Assembly (NCBI GenBank): GCA_016840165.1
Contig: JAEOSU010000097.1
Location: 1 to 60,631 of the forward strand
DNA length: 60,631 nt
Direction of reading: 5' to 3'
Source of the DNA: Promethearchaeota archaeon
GTDB lineage: Archaea > Asgardarchaeota > Lokiarchaeia > Sigyniarchaeales > SOKP01
Below are positions 9,026 to 19,412 of this stretch, one piece after another; within the stretch, counting starts at the first letter, position 1; the number at the start of each line of letters is the position of its first letter. A model generated the notes under the pieces. The model did no database searches. It saw only the letters and a program-made list of their open reading frames with translations, and had not been told where the DNA came from. Both the position numbers and the translations under genes were made by a program.

Positions 9026-10303
9026 ATGGAAAATATACCAACACAATCAACTTTCCGCCATTACATGTTTTTTTGGAGCGGACAGATGTTTTCTTTGTTA
9101 GGATCGATGGTAGTCCATTTTGTTATTATCTGGTATCTTACAGAAACCACTGAAAGCGCCGTTGTGTTAGGATTTGCAAATTTCTTTTTCTATTTACCAA
9201 TGGTAATTGCTTCTCCGATTGCAGGTGTATTTTCCGATAGACTAGATAGAAAAAAATTAATTATTATAGTTGATTCCTTTCAAGCGATTGCCACAGTATT
9301 TTTAATTATTCTGTTTACTTTTGGAATTACAGATATTTTGGTTATTTTTCTATTCATTGCTCTAAGGAGTATTTTCCAAGCATTTCATTATCCAACAGTA
9401 ACTGCAGTAGTACCTACTATGGTTCCGAAAGAAAAGTTGAGCAGAATAAATGGCGTTAATTTTTTAGCCTCAGGAATTGTCCAACTAATTGGTCCTGCTT
9501 TAGCGGGGACTCTTTTAGTATTTGTAAGTATAGAACAAGCACTTTGGACAGATGTTATCACTTTTTTTATCGCATTTGTTCCATTACTACTAATTGTCAT
9601 ACCAAAAGTAAATAGTGAAAAACAAATTAAAAAGGCATCTTTTACGGAAGAGTTTAAAGATGGATTAAAAACATTAAAAGTTATTCCAGGAGTAATTTCA
9701 TTACTAATTATGGCAATGCTAATTAATTTTTTAATTCAACCTCTAAGCGTATTAACCTCACTTTTTATCTATTCTAATCATGCAGGAAATGAACTTGAGT
9801 ATGCTTTTGTTTCTGTGGGTATTCAAGCGGGGATTATATGCGGAGCATTGCTTACAACTGTTAAAAAGGAATGGAAAAATAAGATAGCAGTTATGTTTTA
9901 TTGTCTAATTATGTTAATGATTGGATATGCGCTGACAGGAATTGCTCCATATCGGGCTTTCATCTACATTTTTATTGTTAATTTGGCCATGGGTTTTGTG
10001 TTGCCAATTATTAATACTATATATCAAACAATTATGCAGAAAATAATTCCACAAGAAAAATTTGGGAGAGTAAGTTCGATTGATTCAATGTTTTCAATGT
10101 TAATGTCTCCAATAGGAGCATTAATCGTAGGGCCATTAGCACAATTAATGGGAATTACTACTATCTTTCTATTAAGTGCATTTTTAGGAATTTCAATTAC
10201 AATCTTGATGTACACTTTTTCAGTGCTTCGTAAATTGGATTTTGATGCAGTTTTAGATACGAATTTGACCCGTAATGATAATAAATCAACTATTATTGAA
10301 TAA
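9026..10303 (+). CDS. MFS transporter, DHA3/MefA-like efflux family
   Basis: GQMFSLLGS, AGVFSDRLDRKK motif A, about 12 TM helices. Confidence 0.92.
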   Translation: MENIPTQSTFRHYMFFWSGQMFSLLGSMVVHFVIIWYLTETTESAVVLGFANFFFYLPMVIASPIAGVFSDRLDRKKLIIIVDSFQAIATVFLIILFTFGITDILVIFLFIALRSIFQAFHYPTVTAVVPTMVPKEKLSRINGVNFLASGIVQLIGPALAGTLLVFVSIEQALWTDVITFFIAFVPLLLIVIPKVNSEKQIKKASFTEEFKDGLKTLKVIPGVISLLIMAMLINFLIQPLSVLTSLFIYSNHAGNELEYAFVSVGIQAGIICGALLTTVKKEWKNKIAVMFYCLIMLMIGYALTGIAPYRAFIYIFIVNLAMGFVLPIINTIYQTIMQKIIPQEKFGRVSSIDSMFSMLMSPIGALIVGPLAQLMGITTIFLLSAFLGISITILMYTFSVLRKLDFDAVLDTNLTRNDNKSTIIE

Positions 10304-10322
10304 TTTTAACCATATACAAGAA

Positions 10323-10985
10323 CTAAAACGTAAATGAGACTTCAAAAGGTAAATCCTGTAACAAATCCTTAACTTGGTCCTTAAATTCATCAGAAACAGA
10401 TTCAAAACCACATTTATTAAAAATATTCACCGAAAGATAATTAGGTTTTATTTCTAATAAAAATAACTTCAATTTTAATATGTCCTCTATTTTATCATTA
10501 ATTCCTTTTAAAAGCATTGTATAAACGCTGAAGTAACCATTAAAATCTTTTATAAACAATCGAACTCCATTTAAAATCTCCTTAACATCCCATTCCTCAT
10601 CAGATACACAAGAGTGACAAAAGTCTGAAGAAACTACCGAATTTAAATTAATAACAACTGTATCACACGATAAAAATGCTCTGCGTACCTTCTCATAGAC
10701 AAATAATGAAGCGTTAATATATGCACCAATCTTCTGATTTGGAAAGATTTCTTTTATCATACTCAATAATCTTTGAACCCCTATAAACATACTTATATCC
10801 TTAATCCCTCTTAGCCATATATAATTAGGACTCTGATTTTTTCTAAAATAATCCCTAATCTCAGAAAAAATGCTATCAGCAGGGTAAAACTCGATATATC
10901 CATTATTCTTATCAATATCAATTGGTAATACACTACCAAATACAGGGCTACGTTGTATTTCTTTCAAATGGATATATCCCAACAA
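10323..10985 (-). CDS. degenerate radical-SAM-like protein lacking the CxxxCxxC motif
   Basis: EFYPADSI, NASL, INLNSV and TMLLKGIND match the GPVPSRRLG-type radical SAM family; the cluster motif is absent. Confidence 0.65.
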   Translation of the reverse strand: MLGYIHLKEIQRSPVFGSVLPIDIDKNNGYIEFYPADSIFSEIRDYFRKNQSPNYIWLRGIKDISMFIGVQRLLSMIKEIFPNQKIGAYINASLFVYEKVRRAFLSCDTVVINLNSVVSSDFCHSCVSDEEWDVKEILNGVRLFIKDFNGYFSVYTMLLKGINDKIEDILKLKLFLLEIKPNYLSVNIFNKCGFESVSDEFKDQVKDLLQDLPFEVSFTF

Positions 10986-11045
10986 ATCACCAATATTAAT
11001 TTAAAATTCTTTGCTATATAACTGGATTAGTAATCTTTTATTAAA

Positions 11046-13994
11046 TCAATCAGATTTTTTCTTATATATCTCTCTGTAAAATTTTCCTTTTCGTTTCTCA
11101 GTTGTTTCCATCTTCTCAATACATGTCTTTGCTTTATTAGGTAATCCTAGCTTTTCATAACAAAGAGCCATTTTTTCATAAGTTTCACAAATATACCATC
11201 CTGTAGGATCCAATCTCTCTGCTTCTTCAAATTTTTCAATTGCCTCCTCATAATTTCCCATGTCCATTAAAATTTCACCATAACTATCATATGAATTACC
11301 ATCATTAGGATCGATTTTTAATAAATATTTAATGGATTCAATTGCTTCTTCATTTCTGTTTAATTTCGCCAGAATTAAGGCTTTATTATTATGTAAAGTT
11401 TTATTAGTAGGATCTTCCTCAATTACCTCCTCAATGACTTTTAAACCTGCATTGAAGTCTTGGATTTTAAAGTAAATAAATGATTTAATTTTATTCATTG
11501 ATATTTTTTTCTTAGGAAATTTATCAATTATCGATTCTATTAGTTTTAATGCTTCATTTTCTCTGCCATTTGATACTAGTAAGAAAATTTTAGATCTATG
11601 GAAATCGAAATCGTTTTCATATAAATTTATGGCTTCATCAATTACATTGTAAGATTCCTCATCATTTCCAATTTCTTTTAATAAATAAGACTTAAATTGT
11701 AGATAAATAGCTTGATTAAATTGGATTGGTTCAAAATGCATTGCTTTATCAATCAATCCATTAAAGTTATCAATATTTGCCTCAGATAAATTCCAATTAT
11801 AAATTAAACAATATCCAATCACATACGCTTTAGCAATATATGAAATTGGGTGATCTGGATAACTAACAATACAATGATTTGCTATTTTTAAAGCATCATT
11901 AAATGATCCTTTGGTCAAATAAAGGTATACAGAAACTAATGAGGCCGATGTATCTAATATAGGATTTTGTTCGTAAGGATTTATTACAAAATTCAGTTCA
12001 TCTCTAATAACCTTCTCTGCATCTTTAATCTTTTTACTTAACGATAACAGCATTGCTTTTAATATTATTATATCTTTATTCAGTGGCTTCAATTTAAGAA
12101 TAGAATTCATTAATTCAATTAATCTGTCAGGAGGGTACTCACATGGACATTCTTCACATAGCATTGCCAGGAATTTAGTTCGTAATAATAAGATATTGTT
12201 GGGGAAATTTTTTATCGCATTATTAATCAATAGTAATGCATCTTTTTCTTCATCCATTTTAATCAAAGTTTGAGCCTTCTGTATGATTAGTGAAGAATTT
12301 GACGTTTTCTTAAGTCCCTCATTGAGAAGCTCTAAAGATTTTTCTAATTCATCCATCATAAATAATGTAATGGATTTTAATAAATAGCCGATATAGCTCT
12401 CTGGATACTTTTCCACTAATTTTGTAGTTAATTCAAGTGATTTATCATATTTGTTTAACGAAGTGCTGATTAAATCTTCAATGATTAAACCCTCTTTTTC
12501 GTCAAAAAGACTTTTATTTTTATGATAAAAGATTTTTAATTGATTAATGTCGCCCTTTTGAAGTTGAACTAGAATTTCATGGAATATTTCTTGATTTGAA
12601 GTTTTAAACTCTTCATTAAGTTGATTATCTTCTAAATAATCCAATTTATTTAAATAATAGATATCTAATGCTTCAAATATTTGGTGTTCCAATTGATAAG
12701 TTACTTCACTCTTATCTTCCTCTATATTGATATTTCTTGTAGATAATGATTCAAATTCTGCAGATATGGTTTGCCAAATTAGACTTTCCAGTTTATTATC
12801 ATCACGTACTAATTTCTTCTCTGTTTCAATCTTGTACGCTAAATTTTTAATATATTCGGGTAAAAATTTTCTTAATATATCTTTTAAATCCTCATGAAAT
12901 AAATTTGAACAAATCTCACCTATAATCTCCTCAATTATACCTGAAATTGTTAATTCTGGACTTTTATTAGGGGTTTTTTGATAGAGATTGTTCAAATAGG
13001 TGTAACGGGTCATTTTTTCATCAACTATTGCTCTTAATACCCTTTCAATCTTCTCATTTCCTTGAAAATAAAAAACCTTATTTGGGTTAACCTCCAACTT
13101 GTAAAATTTAACAGCATAAAATTCTTCTTCAACAATTTTTTCAATAAAGAAATCTAAGGTTGTCTTCTTTAAGTTGTATTCATGAGCGAATCGTTCTGGA
13201 GATGTATGCTCTGGATATTGATCAGGATGATTAATTGATAAGAATAATAAAATTTTGTTAAACGTTTCTTCCTCTTCTAATAAATTCTCTACCTTTGAAT
13301 AGTTTAGCTTTAAAACATTATTTAGAAATCTAAACTTTATCCCATCATCTTCGATTTCATATTTATCGAAAAATTCATTTGAAAATTTCGTAAATTCTTG
13401 AATTCTTTTACTTTCCTCTTCCAAGATCGATTGACGATCTAATTCATACTCCTTTAATACATTAAAATATTCCGATTTTCCTAAGGCAGTTATACTATAT
13501 TCTTTATTCTCATTTTTAATAAAATCTTCATCCATTAGTTTCCTAATATTTTTTGATAAAGAAGATTGATTGATGTTTAGAGGATTACTTGTAAAATCAG
13601 ACCATCTACATGACTCATTATTGTATAGCATCCACAAGATCCAGTGATCATAATTTCTTGATCTGGTGATTATTTTTGGAGGATAATTAAGAACACTTCC
13701 ACCTGTTTCTTTTATATAGAGTAGCTCATTTAAACGAGTCTTTCCGTCGGAGGTGATTTCATACTTATTTCTTTCAGGTTTATCAATAAAACCTTGTCTT
13801 TTTAACGTTCTTAAATAATTAGATAAAGTTGATTCCGGAATTAATTGATCATCCATATAATCCGTAAAATCAGACCATCCACATGACTCATTATTACGCA
13901 GCATCCATAAAATAATAAGTTCATAATTTTTTTCAATAATCGAAGGTTGCAATATATTTTGAGGTGGATAAATTAATTCTCTTGACTTACTCAA
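11046..13994 (-). CDS. large regulator-like protein: tandem N-terminal winged-helix domains plus C-terminal TPRs
   Basis: Duplicated YPP..NY..ILWML.NNESC.WSDF...S.LS..L..L wHTH units; TPRs such as SYDSYGEILMDMGNYEEAIEKFEEA. Confidence 0.85.
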   Translation of the reverse strand: MSKSRELIYPPQNILQPSIIEKNYELIILWMLRNNESCGWSDFTDYMDDQLIPESTLSNYLRTLKRQGFIDKPERNKYEITSDGKTRLNELLYIKETGGSVLNYPPKIITRSRNYDHWILWMLYNNESCRWSDFTSNPLNINQSSLSKNIRKLMDEDFIKNENKEYSITALGKSEYFNVLKEYELDRQSILEEESKRIQEFTKFSNEFFDKYEIEDDGIKFRFLNNVLKLNYSKVENLLEEEETFNKILLFLSINHPDQYPEHTSPERFAHEYNLKKTTLDFFIEKIVEEEFYAVKFYKLEVNPNKVFYFQGNEKIERVLRAIVDEKMTRYTYLNNLYQKTPNKSPELTISGIIEEIIGEICSNLFHEDLKDILRKFLPEYIKNLAYKIETEKKLVRDDNKLESLIWQTISAEFESLSTRNINIEEDKSEVTYQLEHQIFEALDIYYLNKLDYLEDNQLNEEFKTSNQEIFHEILVQLQKGDINQLKIFYHKNKSLFDEKEGLIIEDLISTSLNKYDKSLELTTKLVEKYPESYIGYLLKSITLFMMDELEKSLELLNEGLKKTSNSSLIIQKAQTLIKMDEEKDALLLINNAIKNFPNNILLLRTKFLAMLCEECPCEYPPDRLIELMNSILKLKPLNKDIIILKAMLLSLSKKIKDAEKVIRDELNFVINPYEQNPILDTSASLVSVYLYLTKGSFNDALKIANHCIVSYPDHPISYIAKAYVIGYCLIYNWNLSEANIDNFNGLIDKAMHFEPIQFNQAIYLQFKSYLLKEIGNDEESYNVIDEAINLYENDFDFHRSKIFLLVSNGRENEALKLIESIIDKFPKKKISMNKIKSFIYFKIQDFNAGLKVIEEVIEEDPTNKTLHNNKALILAKLNRNEEAIESIKYLLKIDPNDGNSYDSYGEILMDMGNYEEAIEKFEEAERLDPTGWYICETYEKMALCYEKLGLPNKAKTCIEKMETTEKRKGKFYREIYKKKSD

Positions 13995-14081
13995 ATTTTA
14001 TCACTTCAATTGCTCCTACCTATTTTCTTATATAAACATTATTAAAACTTCTTTTTAAACTTTACACTTCCAAAGTTACTA

Positions 14082-14101
14082 TGAACTTCGAATGAAGTTC
14101 A
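14082..14101. promoter_or_regulatory. perfect palindrome, candidate operator
   Basis: TGAACTTC-GAAT-GAAGTTCA in the divergent intergenic region upstream of the wHTH-TPR gene. Confidence 0.5.
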
Positions 14102-14194
14102 CACTCCAACAAAAAGTCCGCAGTAAGAACCTATAAATAAAGTATTTTCTTACTTAAAATTAGCAATAAAAAAAAAAAAATAAAAAAAAAAGAG

Positions 14195-14422
14195 TTGAAG
14201 AAAATGGTTCAAGTATTTGAAGAAGCCCAAAATGATGTATTAATTAAATTCCTGGATGTGGAAGATGAAAAGAAATTACATAAATCAAAATTTGAAGCAA
14301 TAAAAACGAAATTACAAAATTTAAAAGATTTTGCTAAGCAACATGAATATAACATAAATATTGATAATCTTAAAAACAAACTAGACTCCCAATCATATGG
14401 GATAAATTTCAGGAATTACTAA
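14195..14422 (+). CDS. small hypothetical protein
   Basis: 75-aa helical ORF divergent from the TPR gene; the start may be the ATG three codons downstream. Confidence 0.6.
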   Translation: MKKMVQVFEEAQNDVLIKFLDVEDEKKLHKSKFEAIKTKLQNLKDFAKQHEYNINIDNLKNKLDSQSYGINFRNY

Positions 14423-14469
14423 TTTTTTTATATTTTTTAATTACTAAAACTTCTAATTTCTAAAATTTA

Positions 14470-15534
14470 TTAGAACCACCTTTTCCTTTTAAAATAATAC
14501 AACATTAAAACAGCGATTATCATCATTACAATTATTAGGATAGGATATGCAAATACATTACTAAATTCAGGCATATACTGAAAATTCATTCCATAAAACC
14601 CAGCAAGAAATGAAATTGGGATAAATATGGTTGAGATAATCGTCAGTACTTTCATAATATCATTCATTTTATAACTCATACTCGATAAATACATATCTAG
14701 CATTCCAAAAATAATATCACGGTAATTTTCTAATAATTCGGTTATTAAAAAGATATGATCATAGATATCTCTTAAATAAATTTGAAGCTCTTCGTTTATC
14801 AATTTCGTTTTTTCTCGTTGAAGTTTATTAATAACTTCACGCATAGGCCATAAGAGTTTACGAACGGCAATAGTTTCTTTCTTTAAGTCATAAATACGTT
14901 GTAATGTCGCTGATTTGGGATCCGAGATGAGTTCTTCCTCAACTACCTCAATTATTTCAGGAATTGTTTCTAAGAGGACAAAATAATTATCTATTATAAC
15001 ATCTATTAAGGTATATAATAGATAATCAGGACCCATTGTTCTAATACGTCCCTTCTTTTGTTTTAATCTTTCCATTATGGGTTCGAAGATATCAGATTGT
15101 TGTTCTTGAAAAGAGATTAAAAAGTCAGGTCCTAAAATAAAACTAATTTGTTCATGTTCGAAAGTTTCTGATTTATCGTTAAAGAGTAAAGTTTTTACAA
15201 CAATAAATAAATAATTCTCGTAATCTTCATATTTCGGTCTTTGGTTTGGATTTAAGATATCCTCCAAGACTAGTGGATGAAGTTTGAATTGTTGACCGAG
15301 ATCTTCAATTAGTTTAACATTAGAAAGCCCAGATACATTTATCCAGCGAACTATTGATTTGGGAATATTATCCAAATTAGCAACAATTTTCTTGACCTCT
15401 TCAACAGTGTAATTTTCATTATCATAATCTATTATTGAAATTTTCGTTTCAATTTCCGGTTTTTCTCCTGTATAAATCAAAGTTCCAGGTGGTAAACCCA
15501 ACTTTTGTAGTTTCTTTTTGCGAAATCGCTCCAT
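14470..15534 (-). CDS. corA: magnesium/cobalt transporter CorA
   Basis: GLPPGTL, LHPLVLEDI, QRPKYE, YLRDIYDH, GFYGMNF..MPE signature. Confidence 0.96.
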   Translation of the reverse strand: MERFRKKKLQKLGLPPGTLIYTGEKPEIETKISIIDYDNENYTVEEVKKIVANLDNIPKSIVRWINVSGLSNVKLIEDLGQQFKLHPLVLEDILNPNQRPKYEDYENYLFIVVKTLLFNDKSETFEHEQISFILGPDFLISFQEQQSDIFEPIMERLKQKKGRIRTMGPDYLLYTLIDVIIDNYFVLLETIPEIIEVVEEELISDPKSATLQRIYDLKKETIAVRKLLWPMREVINKLQREKTKLINEELQIYLRDIYDHIFLITELLENYRDIIFGMLDMYLSSMSYKMNDIMKVLTIISTIFIPISFLAGFYGMNFQYMPEFSNVFAYPILIIVMMIIAVLMLYYFKRKRWF

Positions 15535-15634
15535 AATAATTTTAACATTAAATTAAATTAAAATGTTTTTCTTGATTTCTGCTCTTCTCCTTTCAAGTTA
15601 GAGTTAGTCGAAAATTTTACAAAAAGGTTCTAAA

Positions 15635-15808
15635 TTAATGATGCATTGATGAAGAGGTTTTTAGTTTCATCACTCGTGTTTGATATTCAGGGCATGCTTT
15701 AAAATTAGGAAAACTGCATACCTCTTTTGATTTCGGGAGAGCACAAGCATGATTAAATGCACAAGACAGAATATCTTGCTCGGGATCAAATTTTGATTTC
15801 GTTCTCAT
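15635..15808 (-). CDS. unannotated 57-aa Cys4 microprotein
   Basis: Manual translation MRTKSKFDPEQDILSCAFNHACALPKSKEVCSFPNFKACPEYQTRVMKLKTSSSMHH; paralogous to 24799-24963. Confidence 0.65.
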   Translation of the reverse strand: MRTKSKFDPEQDILSCAFNHACALPKSKEVCSFPNFKACPEYQTRVMKLKTSSSMHH

Positions 15809-16067
15809 ACCTTAATAGAGAGAAAGGGCGTCGTTTAATATAAATATTTCTACTATAATATATGTTATTTAAAAAGAGAGTATTAAAAAGTAATTATCTA
15901 AAAAAATAATCTTTACTTAGTAAGTAATTCATTAATTTCCTGAGCTTCGATATAGATACTTCAAAGTTAATTTAGACTTCAGGAAAAGTTTTACAGTCAA
16001 AACTATTAATGTAGCAATAAGTATAGAAATAATAGCATAAATGGAAATTCTAATGAAATGAATAATA

Positions 16068-17420
16068 ATGAGACATAGCTCTGCAAATAATACTTTTCGT
16101 CATTATCTATATTTTTTATTTGGACAGCAATTTAGCATATTAGGTTCATTAATCGTAGGTTTTTCAATAACATGGTGGATAACGATTGAGACTGGAAGTG
16201 CGATATATCTATCTATCTCCACATTCCTCATGTTCCTCCCGCAAATCATAATTACCCCTTTTGCGGGTGTCATTTCCGATAGGTGGAACAAAAAGCTAAT
16301 AATCGCTCTCTCCGATACAATGCAAGCAACATTGACTTTTCTTTTGTTTGTCCTTTTTCTCCTGAATTTTGAAAATATCTGGTTTGTACTTCTAATAAAC
16401 ACTTGTCGAGCGTCTTGTTCAGCTTTTCAATTACCAGCAGTACAATCACTTATCCCTGTTATGGTTCCTCAGGATAATTTGAGTAGAATAAATGGCATGA
16501 ATTTTTTATTTTCAGGTGTGATATTTAGTATTGGACCTATTATTGCAGCAACTCTTTTATCTTTTTATTCAATTCAAGACATCTTTTTAATAGACATTTT
16601 TTCGTTTTTATTAGCCATTTTTCCTCTAATCTTTATTAAAATTCCAACGATAGAAAAAAGTACAGATAAGTTTCTGAAAAAATCATTTATCAAGGATTTC
16701 AAAGACGGATTTAAAACAATAAAGTTGGTTCCTGGTTTAATTGCCTTGATTTGTTTTGCTATGATATGGAATTTCATATATCGACCATGGGCAGTATTGA
16801 TGCCCTATTTCATTAAATATATACATAATGGAAATGCATTGGATTTAGCATTCATCATGTTTTCAATCCAGTTAGCTAATATAGTTGGGGCTACAATCAT
16901 AACAATAAAAAAGAAATGGCATCATAAAATTAGGATTAATATTTTTGGAGCGATAATCGTATTTTTTTCTCAAATTCCTGCTATCTTAGCTCCACGTGGA
17001 AACTTCCTATTTATGATCTTTTTTCTTTTTTCAGGAACGATTTTAATTCCTATAACTGTATCTACCTATCTAGCAATAATCCAAGTAGTTGTCCCAAAAG
17101 AAAAAATAGGGCGGGTAATGTCAATAGACCATATGATATCAATGGCAATAGCTCCTATTGGTGCCCTAATTGCTGGGCCTTTAGCTGAGTTATGGGGTAT
17201 TGTCAACTTATTTCTAATCTGTGCTGCTTTGGGATTAATTTTTCCTATAGGAATAAGATTATTTACTAAAATTAGTCGATTAGAAATCATAGAAAGAGAA
17301 AAGATTGATCAAGAGAAAAACAAAAATGAGTTAAAAGGCAAAGAAGAATCTCAAAGAGAATATGAGGAGATATTAGATGAACAAAGGAAGCTAATTACAC
17401 CAATTGAATCATTAGAATGA
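16068..17420 (+). CDS. MFS transporter, DHA3/MefA-like efflux family (paralogue of 9026-10303)
   Basis: TFRHYLYF..GQQFSILGS, AGVISDRWNKK, about 12 TM helices. Confidence 0.92.
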   Translation: MRHSSANNTFRHYLYFLFGQQFSILGSLIVGFSITWWITIETGSAIYLSISTFLMFLPQIIITPFAGVISDRWNKKLIIALSDTMQATLTFLLFVLFLLNFENIWFVLLINTCRASCSAFQLPAVQSLIPVMVPQDNLSRINGMNFLFSGVIFSIGPIIAATLLSFYSIQDIFLIDIFSFLLAIFPLIFIKIPTIEKSTDKFLKKSFIKDFKDGFKTIKLVPGLIALICFAMIWNFIYRPWAVLMPYFIKYIHNGNALDLAFIMFSIQLANIVGATIITIKKKWHHKIRINIFGAIIVFFSQIPAILAPRGNFLFMIFFLFSGTILIPITVSTYLAIIQVVVPKEKIGRVMSIDHMISMAIAPIGALIAGPLAELWGIVNLFLICAALGLIFPIGIRLFTKISRLEIIEREKIDQEKNKNELKGKEESQREYEEILDEQRKLITPIESLE

Positions 17421-17454
17421 CGAGAAATTTCAAAAAGAACAAATTATTAGGAAT

Positions 17455-19389
17455 TTAGATATGCAATTTTGATTGCCAAAATTTAATTTTTCTTACGGTA
17501 TCTGAAATTTCTGGCTGTGTAAGAGGACGGGGTTTAGTCTTAAGACTTGCAATAGTGATGCTCATTTGATTTAATACACTAGAATATCCTTTTTCATCAA
17601 TAATTTTATTTCTTAAAAGTTCTAGATCTGATGAAATTTGACTTCCCGTTTTTACATTTACTTCTTCAGTTATTTGCCGAAAAGATTCAGTTATTGAAAT
17701 ATCATCAGAAATTGTAGATTTTCTCTCTGAAGGGAGTGCTGATCTCTTTTCAGATGGTGTTGTGATTTGTTTTGGTTCGGGACGAGGTTTTTGAAGGAGT
17801 GGTTCAATTTCATTTACCATACTTGGTTTTAATGAAGATTTGAAGGTCGTTTGAGGCGTTTGGGAAATTTTTAAATCCGGTTTTGGGATTGCGGGAGCAG
17901 TTCTTCCAACTGAATAGACAATATCTTGATCACTAACCTTCTTACTTTGAATCCAAACGTCTTCAAGCACTGCTGCAAATAACTTCACATGCTCTTCGAG
18001 AATTGAGCCCATTCCTGCAATCTCAAATTCTTCCTCCATTTTTGAAACCACACATACTACAACTTCTTCAAAATCGCGATTAATGGCCCATAAATTCTCT
18101 CGAGAATATAACCGGATATCTATATTAGGATATTTTACAATCTGTTGTAATTTTACTTGATCTTCAGGGTTATCCCAATTGAAATTTGTAGAAATTCTGA
18201 TATTAATATGTTTTTTAAGGTTTGAGAGTGCTACGAGATCAACATCCTCGAGGCGAGGAGCGATTATATGAACTCTCATCTTTATTCTTGAGATTGACTC
18301 GTTTACTTGGGCTTTCATTCCTTCGATACTCCTCACAAACCAAACATCTTTAAATGTGAGCATTGAAGCCTTCTTCGAGCGTTCCCAGAACTCGCTCATT
18401 GTTTCTTCAGAAAGATTTAACTGGATTAAAATGTTTGTTATAATATCTTCCTCAAGGATTTTGTATATTTCTCGTTGGAATAAGTCTTTTAATTCTTCGA
18501 TTCCCTTATCCACATCCTCATATACAGTAGAGATACGAGTGTCTAAATCTTCCAACGTATCTTTTAGCCCAGATTCAATATCGGTAAAAGTACCACTTAA
18601 GTCTGTACTCATCTCTCCTGCTGCATCTGAGATTGTTGCTAATTGATTGGTTACTTGATCTAATGTGTTCTGAATGGTCGTAACAAATTTTTCTCGAAAG
18701 TAATCCGTTAAATCCAGAAATTGTTCAGAGATTATTTTCGAGACGATCTTTTCAGCCATATTTTTTAAGGCACCAATTCTAAACTGCTTCTCAAATTTAT
18801 CGGAGATCTCTGCTTTAATTTTTTCTAACCGTGTTTCTACAATACTGAATTCTTTAATGATTTCTTCAGGAACGATTTCTCTTAAATTTAGAATGAAAGC
18901 TCGAATCTCCTGGAATCTTTTAACACTTTCGAGCTCCTTTTCGACCCGACTGAATTGAGATTTAAGTTGTGCAGGTAAATTTTGTTTCATCATCTGGATA
19001 TAATTTCGATATTCGTTTAACTTTCCCAGTTTGGCAGAATGTTCTTCGATCTCTTTAAATTTCAAATCTAGTACCTTTGGAGTCGATTCCTGAATATTTT
19101 TTACGATTCCTTTGAATTGAGCTATTTGATTTAACAAGGCGGAGTAAGGGGGAAGAGCTACATAAAATGGAGTCTTACCAGGAACCTCTCGAATCAAACC
19201 TTTTTCTAGCAAGTTCTTTGCTATTTGTGAGGCTTTTAATTCATCCACATTAATCAATAACGCAATTTCTCCAATCATTACTGGACCTCTGCCCGTGAGA
19301 TGGAAATAAGTATCAATTTCCTCTTGGGAAAGTCCAATCAGCTCTAAGACTTGCTTGGTTGACTTAAACTCTTCCTCATTTTGAGACAT
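17455..19389 (-). CDS. TrmB-like protein with a long helical insertion and an extra C-terminal helical domain
   Basis: N-terminal wHTH (LIGLSQEE..TYFHL...LLEKGLI...YVALPP), ~250-aa amphipathic helical region, TrmB/PLD-like effector region, Pro-rich linker. Confidence 0.7.
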   Translation of the reverse strand: MSQNEEEFKSTKQVLELIGLSQEEIDTYFHLTGRGPVMIGEIALLINVDELKASQIAKNLLEKGLIREVPGKTPFYVALPPYSALLNQIAQFKGIVKNIQESTPKVLDLKFKEIEEHSAKLGKLNEYRNYIQMMKQNLPAQLKSQFSRVEKELESVKRFQEIRAFILNLREIVPEEIIKEFSIVETRLEKIKAEISDKFEKQFRIGALKNMAEKIVSKIISEQFLDLTDYFREKFVTTIQNTLDQVTNQLATISDAAGEMSTDLSGTFTDIESGLKDTLEDLDTRISTVYEDVDKGIEELKDLFQREIYKILEEDIITNILIQLNLSEETMSEFWERSKKASMLTFKDVWFVRSIEGMKAQVNESISRIKMRVHIIAPRLEDVDLVALSNLKKHINIRISTNFNWDNPEDQVKLQQIVKYPNIDIRLYSRENLWAINRDFEEVVVCVVSKMEEEFEIAGMGSILEEHVKLFAAVLEDVWIQSKKVSDQDIVYSVGRTAPAIPKPDLKISQTPQTTFKSSLKPSMVNEIEPLLQKPRPEPKQITTPSEKRSALPSERKSTISDDISITESFRQITEEVNVKTGSQISSDLELLRNKIIDEKGYSSVLNQMSITIASLKTKPRPLTQPEISDTVRKIKFWQSKLHI

Positions 19390-19412
19390 TTTAATATCAT
19401 CTACAAAAATAA

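Noticed and set aside
14168-14191. Long poly-A tracts upstream of the 75-aa gene (phase variation?)
   Set aside because: Non-coding homopolymers are common in this AT-rich sequence and could be assembly noise; no evidence of length variation
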